DNA of 64,000 bases from Eledone cirrhosa. Lineage: Eukaryota. Below, piece by piece: positions 58,601-64,000 of this stretch. How positions within the stretch are numbered: position 1 is the first letter of the stretch; each line of letters opens with the position of its first letter. Made by a program: the position numbers and the translations under genes. The stretch spans positions 32,550,001 to 32,614,000 of the forward strand of contig OZ024748.1 of NCBI GenBank assembly GCA_964016885.1, read 5' to 3'. The notes under the pieces are model-generated. The model worked only from the letters and a program-made list of their open reading frames with translations, was not told the origin of the DNA and did no database searches.

Positions 58601-59953
58601 ATACTTCTAAACTGGTTATATAATACAAACTGGTAAAATAATGCTGTAATTCTAAACTGGTTATATATTACACACTGCTAAACGTAATACTATAGTTCTA
58701 AACTGGTTATATATTACACACTGCTAAAAGTAATACTATACCTCTAAACTGGTTATATATTACATGCTGCTAAAAGTAATACTATACTTCTAACCTCGTT
58801 ATATATTAAAACACTGCTAAAAGTAATACGATACCTCCAAACTGGTTATATATTACATGCTGCTAAAAGTAATACTATACCTCTAAACTGGCTATATGTT
58901 ACATGCTGCTAAAAGTAATACTATACTTCTAAACTAGTTATATATTACACACTGCTAAAAGTTATACTATACTTCTAAACTGGATTATATATTACATGCT
59001 GCTAAATGTAATAATACTATACTTCTATACTTGTTAAATATTACACACTGCTAAAATAATACTATACCTCTGAAATGGTTATATATTACACACTGCTAAA
59101 AGTAATATTATACTTCTAAGCTGGTTATATATTACACACTGCTAAATGTAATACTATACTTCTTAACTGGTTATATATTACACACTGCTAACAGTAATAC
59201 TATACCTCTGAAATGGTTATATATTGCACACTGCTAAAAGTAATACTATACTTCTAAGCTGGTTATATTATTACACACTTCTAAAACTAATACTATACTC
59301 CTAAACTGGTTATATATTACACACTGCTAAAAGTAATACTATACTTCTAAACTAGTTATACATTACATGCTGCTAAAAGTAATACTATACTTATAAACTT
59401 GTTATATATTACACACTACTAAAAGTAATACTATAATCCTAAACTGGTTATATATTACATACTGCTAAAAGTAATACTACACCTCTAAACTGGTTATATA
59501 TTACACACTGCCAAACATAATGCGATACATCCAAACTGGTTATATATTATATACTGCTAAAAGTAATACTATACCTCTAAACCGGTTATATGTTACATGC
59601 TGCTAAAAGTAATACTATACTTCTAAACTAGTTATATATTACACACTGCTAAAAGTAATACTATACTTTTAAACTGGATTATATATTACATGCTGCTAAA
59701 TGTAATAATACTATACTTCTATACTTGTTAAATATTACACACTGCTAAAAGTAATACTATACCTCTGAAATGGTTATATATTACACACTGCTAAAAGTAA
59801 CACTATACCTCTAAACTGGTTATATAATACATGCTGCTAAATGTAATACTATACTTCTATACTGGTTATATATTACACACTGCTAAAACTAATACTATAC
59901 TCCTAAACTGGTTATATATTACACACTGCTAAATTAATACTATACCTCTAAAC
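55623..59953. repeat. 46-bp satellite, diverged terminal segment (about 94 monomers)
   Basis: Same monomer and orientation as the main array with visibly more substitutions and indels. Ends at tatacctctaaac 59953. Confidence 0.98.
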
Positions 59954-59960
59954 ATGATAT

Positions 59961-60915
59961 ACTAGACATGAAAAATGCGCAAGCTCAAAAGTGCCACAGA
60001 ATGTTATAATAAACCTTCAAAAGTGTGGGACTAGAGTTGTTGCTAAAAAATATTGTAATCATTATATATCGTACATTCTGTGGCATCCTTTATAAAAATA
60101 GCTTAAACCAACGAAGCCTTTATTTTTACGCTATTTCACTTAGTTAATTCTTAGAGTGTAACATATAAAAATATGATTTACAACTATAAAATAAATTAAT
60201 TAATATAATAACAGAGCTGCGGAGCTGAAATTTAGGAAATAATGGAGTATCGGATCCTGAGTTGGAGCCAGTCAATTTTTGGCCGACTCCGCAGCCCTGT
60301 ATAATACATTTCATATTAAAGTTATTAATAAACCTATTTTACACTGCATGCAAATTACCATGAGATATTGATATTAGATATAAGATACAGCGCAATATCT
60401 ACAGCTGTAAAAGTACGAAAGCGAAGTAATAATAAGTGGCTTAAGGTAATTCCAATATGAAAGTTTGTAGTGATAAAAATTTGATAATGCAATACGATTG
60501 TTAATATTATAGTTCTATGAAAATGTAACAATAGATAACTAAATTATTTTACTATTAGTATATTTAAGAAATTATCATTATAGATTTGATCGTTCATATA
60601 AGCATCATATTAATTTTCAACACAATTATTTTGTTACTATGAGTATATGATAATAATATTACGTAATTATTTATAGCTGTTATTACATTAAACATAGATG
60701 TATTTATTTTTATGTTACACTCTAAGAATTAACTAAGTGAAATAGCGTAAAAATAAAGGCTTCGTTGGTTTAAGCTATTTTTATAAAGGATGCCACAGAA
60801 TGTACGATATATAATGATTACAATATTTTTTAGCAACAACTCTAGTCCCACACTTTTGAAGGTTTATTATAACATTCTGTGGCACTTTTGAGCTTGCGCA
60901 TTTTTCATGTCTAGT
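59961..60915. repeat. Perfect 205-bp inverted repeat (59961-60165 / 60711-60915) with a 545-bp spacer; MITE/foldback element or inverted duplication
   Basis: The reverse complement of 60711-60915 matched 59961-60165 base for base when checked by eye. No clean TSD. Confidence 0.93.
60212..60299. mobile_element. 88-bp hAT-type MITE
   Basis: Imperfect TIRs CAGAGCTGCGGAG...CTCCGCAGCCCTG, flanked by tataataa (60204-60211) and tataatac (60300-60307), a 7/8 match to an 8-bp TSD. Degenerate GGAGTC-like internal repeats. Confidence 0.75.
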
Positions 60916-61481
60916 TTAATATTTTTTTAAGGCAACGCTTGTAATAACTCTAGTTAAACAGGATATATATTAATAATAAATTATCGTTGTAATGTAATTA
61001 GATTATGTAATTGTTATTATAAATTATCTTATCAATATTAGTGTAAGATGTATAAAAATATTTTCAGACTTTTAATATAAACAACTACAAAAAACAATCA
61101 ATATTAAATCAATATATTATACATAATAGAAAACATAAAATAAACAATACAAAAACAAAATATTTACATACAATTGCAATTATCAGTGTATATACATTTT
61201 CTTTATATTCCCTGAGCAAATTAATAAGATTTGTTTGTATTGTACATAATTTGATGACTTGTTGGAGTGTATTAAAAGATAGCAACAATTTGTGATTAAA
61301 TTGTTATCTTAAGCAACTCACTTTTTAATAGTTGTTGGCTGAGCGAAATTGTAAAAGCCTATGAGCAAATATAAAAAAAAATACACAAACAACATTTCCT
61401 TGTGTTATTACAACATTAGATAAAATAATTGAGCAATGTCGTTATATTTTGCTCTTATTGCACATTAATAGTGTTTCTATT

Positions 61482-61640
61482 TTTCGGCACAAATCCATTA
61501 CGGCAGTCCATTACTGGTACTTTATTTTATCGAATTAGTAAGTATGAAAGTCGAAGTTAACCTCGGCAGGATTTGAACTTAGAATGCAAAGGACCATAAC
61601 AATACTGCAAAGCATGGTGTCTGACACTCTATCAATACTT
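61482..61640 (-). mobile_element. Degenerate tRNA-derived SINE with Nin-domain-like core
   Basis: Minus strand has B-box GTTCAAATCC followed by tgccgaggttaacttcgactttcat...cgataaaataaagtaccagt. This resembles, from memory, an abundant octopus SINE. Boundaries are approximate. Confidence 0.7.
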
Positions 61641-62106
61641 GTGTTGAGCTGGTCATTAATTTATGGTGGTCGTGCGTGGAGTAGAGCAATCGCTAGTTGA
61701 AATATTATGAACAAAACATTTTTATTTGCCGAAGAACATATTTTCAATACTGTTTGTGAATGTGACGAAGGAAATACATTCTGATATGGAACAGTGTACA
61801 AAGTGTGTCTGTGAATAACATAATGTTACCTCATGTTGTTGTCAAGACATAATGGATTTCGTATATCCAGTTAGAAGATGAAACCTAGCCATCTCGGATT
61901 AGTTATATTTCATGCCATGTGTAAACGTGTTTGAGGATAGCAAAATATGCGTGTTTCTTGTCTGGAAACTTTCTGCTAAACTGATTGGTTTCGTTTTTGG
62001 CACTATACAATACTCATCCAACAGATAGCTGTATTGGATCCTTGATGGGTTAATATTTAGGTGAGGGTGCTTGATGCAGAGTTAGTGCAAAATGGATCAA
62101 TGAGTG

Positions 62107-62760
62107 TAATAATAATAATGATAATAATAATGAAAATATTGTGTACAATGCTGAGGTGCACTACAACTCATCAAAAGTGCATATATAATACATAGGGTAA
62201 TATAAAAACGTCAGGAAAAAAGAACAGTGCATGAGTCATGATATACACATATGTGCATGTGTATGGAAGGGGGACATCAGGTGTAGTTTTGGTGTATTTT
62301 GGAATGTATGATGGTTTTAAAGGATGCAGTGTGTCATCAGCTAACAACTGATGCAGGAAGTTTGTTCCATCCTTCAGCAACTCTGAGCATGAAGAAATAT
62401 TTCCTAAAGTCATGGGAGCTGTGTTGTTTTCTGACTTTGTGGGCATGTCCACGTGTTAGACACATGGAGATCAAAAAGGTGTTCGGGGTTGTTGTTGGTC
62501 GGATGGTTAATAACTTTGTGGGTGTTTACCAAGTCCATTGCCAGAGGGAAGCAAAATATTCAGGGTATGGTAGGTGTCTGATGGAGGGTATGCGCTTGGT
62601 TGCATGTCTCTGAACAGTTTCCAGGAGGTCAATGTTCTGAGCAAGATAGGGGTTCCAGACTGATGACGCGAACTCCAAGTGTATTCGTACCATAGATGCA
62701 TACAGCTTTAAATAGATGGCTGGAGAGCAGCTAATGAAGGTCTTGCTGATTGATGCCAAG
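62107..62760 (-). mobile_element. 5'-truncated CR1/L2-type LINE 3' end (RT C-terminus, 3' UTR, (TTA)n tail)
   Basis: LYASMVRIHLEFASSVWNPY...LETVQRHATKRIP followed by RGHAHKVRK...FRKYFF.LRVAEGWNKLP. Plus-strand (AAT)n tail at 62107-62131. Frameshifted. Confidence 0.9.
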
Positions 62761-62970
62761 TCAATCTTAATAAATTGACTGATTTATCTGTTCACTACTG
62801 CTAATCCACCGGTTTGTACAATTTTTTTAGATAATGTCAATTTGAGCTTGAATCATTGGCGTAATGAAATTTGAAAAGATTATAAGCAAATCTTTTTTAA
62901 AATACACAGACAACATTTAACTGTATCGTTGCAACATTAGATCTAATAATGGAGCAACATTTGTGCAGAA

Positions 62971-63435
62971 TTATTGTTTGTGCAATAAGATATTTGCAGA
63001 TCTGTACTTGGTCTGCTCTTTAGCCAACTCGGTACGTTTAGAAGCTCTACGCTCGGCTTGCTTTTGAGATATAATAGCTGAATTTGCAGATCTATACTTG
63101 GCCTGCTTGTTTGCCAACTCATACCGTTTTGAACATCTATACTTGGCCTGTTTTTGTGTTAATTTAGCAAAATTCACAGCTCTATAATCGGCCTGTTTTT
63201 GTCTCAACTTCTCCCGATTCCGCATCCGGTAAGCTGCTTTCACATCCAATTTAATACGCCCATCTAGATTATTAGCACAGGAATGTGAACAAGCTTGTGG
63301 GACCGCATCATTGTAAGTATATGAACTGCCTGCAACATCAAGACCCAATTCACAAGTGCAGCGTTGCTCATTCACATCGGCAGTGGGGACACCAAAATCA
63401 GTGACAGGTCTCGATTCACTCGCGAGATACATCAC
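62971..63435 (-). pseudogene. ORF fragment with six basic 15-aa repeats; possible N-terminus of a Helitron-type or other TE protein
   Basis: VKAAYRMRNREKLRQ / KQADYRAVNFAKLTQ / KQAKYRCSKRYELAN / KQAKYRSANSAIISQ / KQAERRASKRTELAK / EQTKYRSANILLHKQ (63243-62974). The family assignment is inference only. Confidence 0.45.
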
Positions 63436-63463
63436 AGCTACACTATATATTTAAACATATATA

Positions 63464-64000
63464 CAGTGATACCTCGCTACTTGGCGGTTCAACTATCGCA
63501 GATTCACGATTTCGCGCATTTTTAGAATATATATATGAACACCTAAAATTTTTCATTAAATCCATTAAAATATTAATAATAAACACAGTTCTAATCATAC
63601 GCTATATATATATATATATATAAATATAAGTAATTAATACCGTATAAATGGTACAAAGACTGTTTATGTAAAATGTATTTCTCAACAGAGTATTGAATAT
63701 AAAGAAAAGTGATGTTTCTCTTTGTCGAATAAATAAATGCACAATCAAGTCTAACAATCATTTTATTTAATGCAATAATTTAGTAAATTTCCTACAACGT
63801 CAATATTTTGAGGAGCGGGTCTTTCCACGTCTGTTCATGTCCGTGGTCCAAAAAGAGTGTGTGAACCTGTGGCTGTGTCCGGGTGTATTTTTGCCTCCCT
63901 TCCCTGAAGGGTTGTTAAGGGGAGGCAACTGCTAGCTACCAAGCGACCATCTCAGCCACTACATTCACCTCGGAGCAGATTTTTTGTCGCAAAATCGTTA
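63464..64000. mobile_element. One end of a Tigger/pogo-like (Tc1/mariner superfamily) element; extent uncertain
   Basis: TA|CAGTGATACCTCGCTAC..GCGGTTCA..TCGC is a typical Tigger-type terminus preceded by TA (63462-63463). The partner TIR is not in the window. Confidence 0.6.
63603..63622. repeat. (TA)10 microsatellite
   Basis: Read directly from the sequence. Confidence 0.9.

Noticed and set aside
1-59953. CRISPR-like array
   Set aside because: Monomers are contiguous with no unique spacers, there are no cas genes, and the context is eukaryotic TEs.
61482-61640. Functional tRNA gene
   Set aside because: Only a B-box plus SINE body, with no acceptor or anticodon stems.
62171-62701. ORFs 62171-62452, 62299-62613 and 62507-62701 as genes
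   Set aside because: They are alternate frames of the decayed LINE fragment.
63800-64000. GC-richer segment with an A-box-like GTGGCTGAGATGG on the minus strand (possible tRNA or SINE)
   Set aside because: No properly spaced B-box or cloverleaf, and the segment is cut by the window edge.

Overview
Eukaryotic (animal, probably cephalopod/mollusc; inference from the SINE and LINE remnants) heterochromatin edge. About 86% of the window is one head-to-tail 46-bp AT-rich satellite (consensus CTAAACTGGTTATATATTACACACTGCTAAAAGTAATACTATACTT; about 1,100 monomers at 1-50593 and about 94 at 55623-59953), organised as nested tandem duplications of many different monomer counts. A 5,029-bp Ty3/Gypsy LTR retrotransposon sits inside the satellite on the minus strand (50594-55622). 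It has 226-bp LTRs with 5 mismatches, an ATAT target-site duplication, a tRNA-Trp-type PBS, an intact gag, a -1 frameshift signal, and a pol broken by a stop codon and several deletions, one carrying templated repair inserts. The array ends next to a perfect 205-bp inverted repeat that encloses a tiny hAT-type MITE. After that come a tRNA-SINE remnant, a 5'-truncated CR1/L2-type LINE, a possible Helitron-like relic with 15-aa repeats, and the start of a Tigger/pogo-like element. No host genes, RNA genes or CRISPR arrays are supported. I found no clearly new biological system; the best leads are the repair scar in pol, the inverted repeat at the array border, the CpG-decay quartet in the monomer and the satellite-like LTR end. 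All alignments were done by eye.
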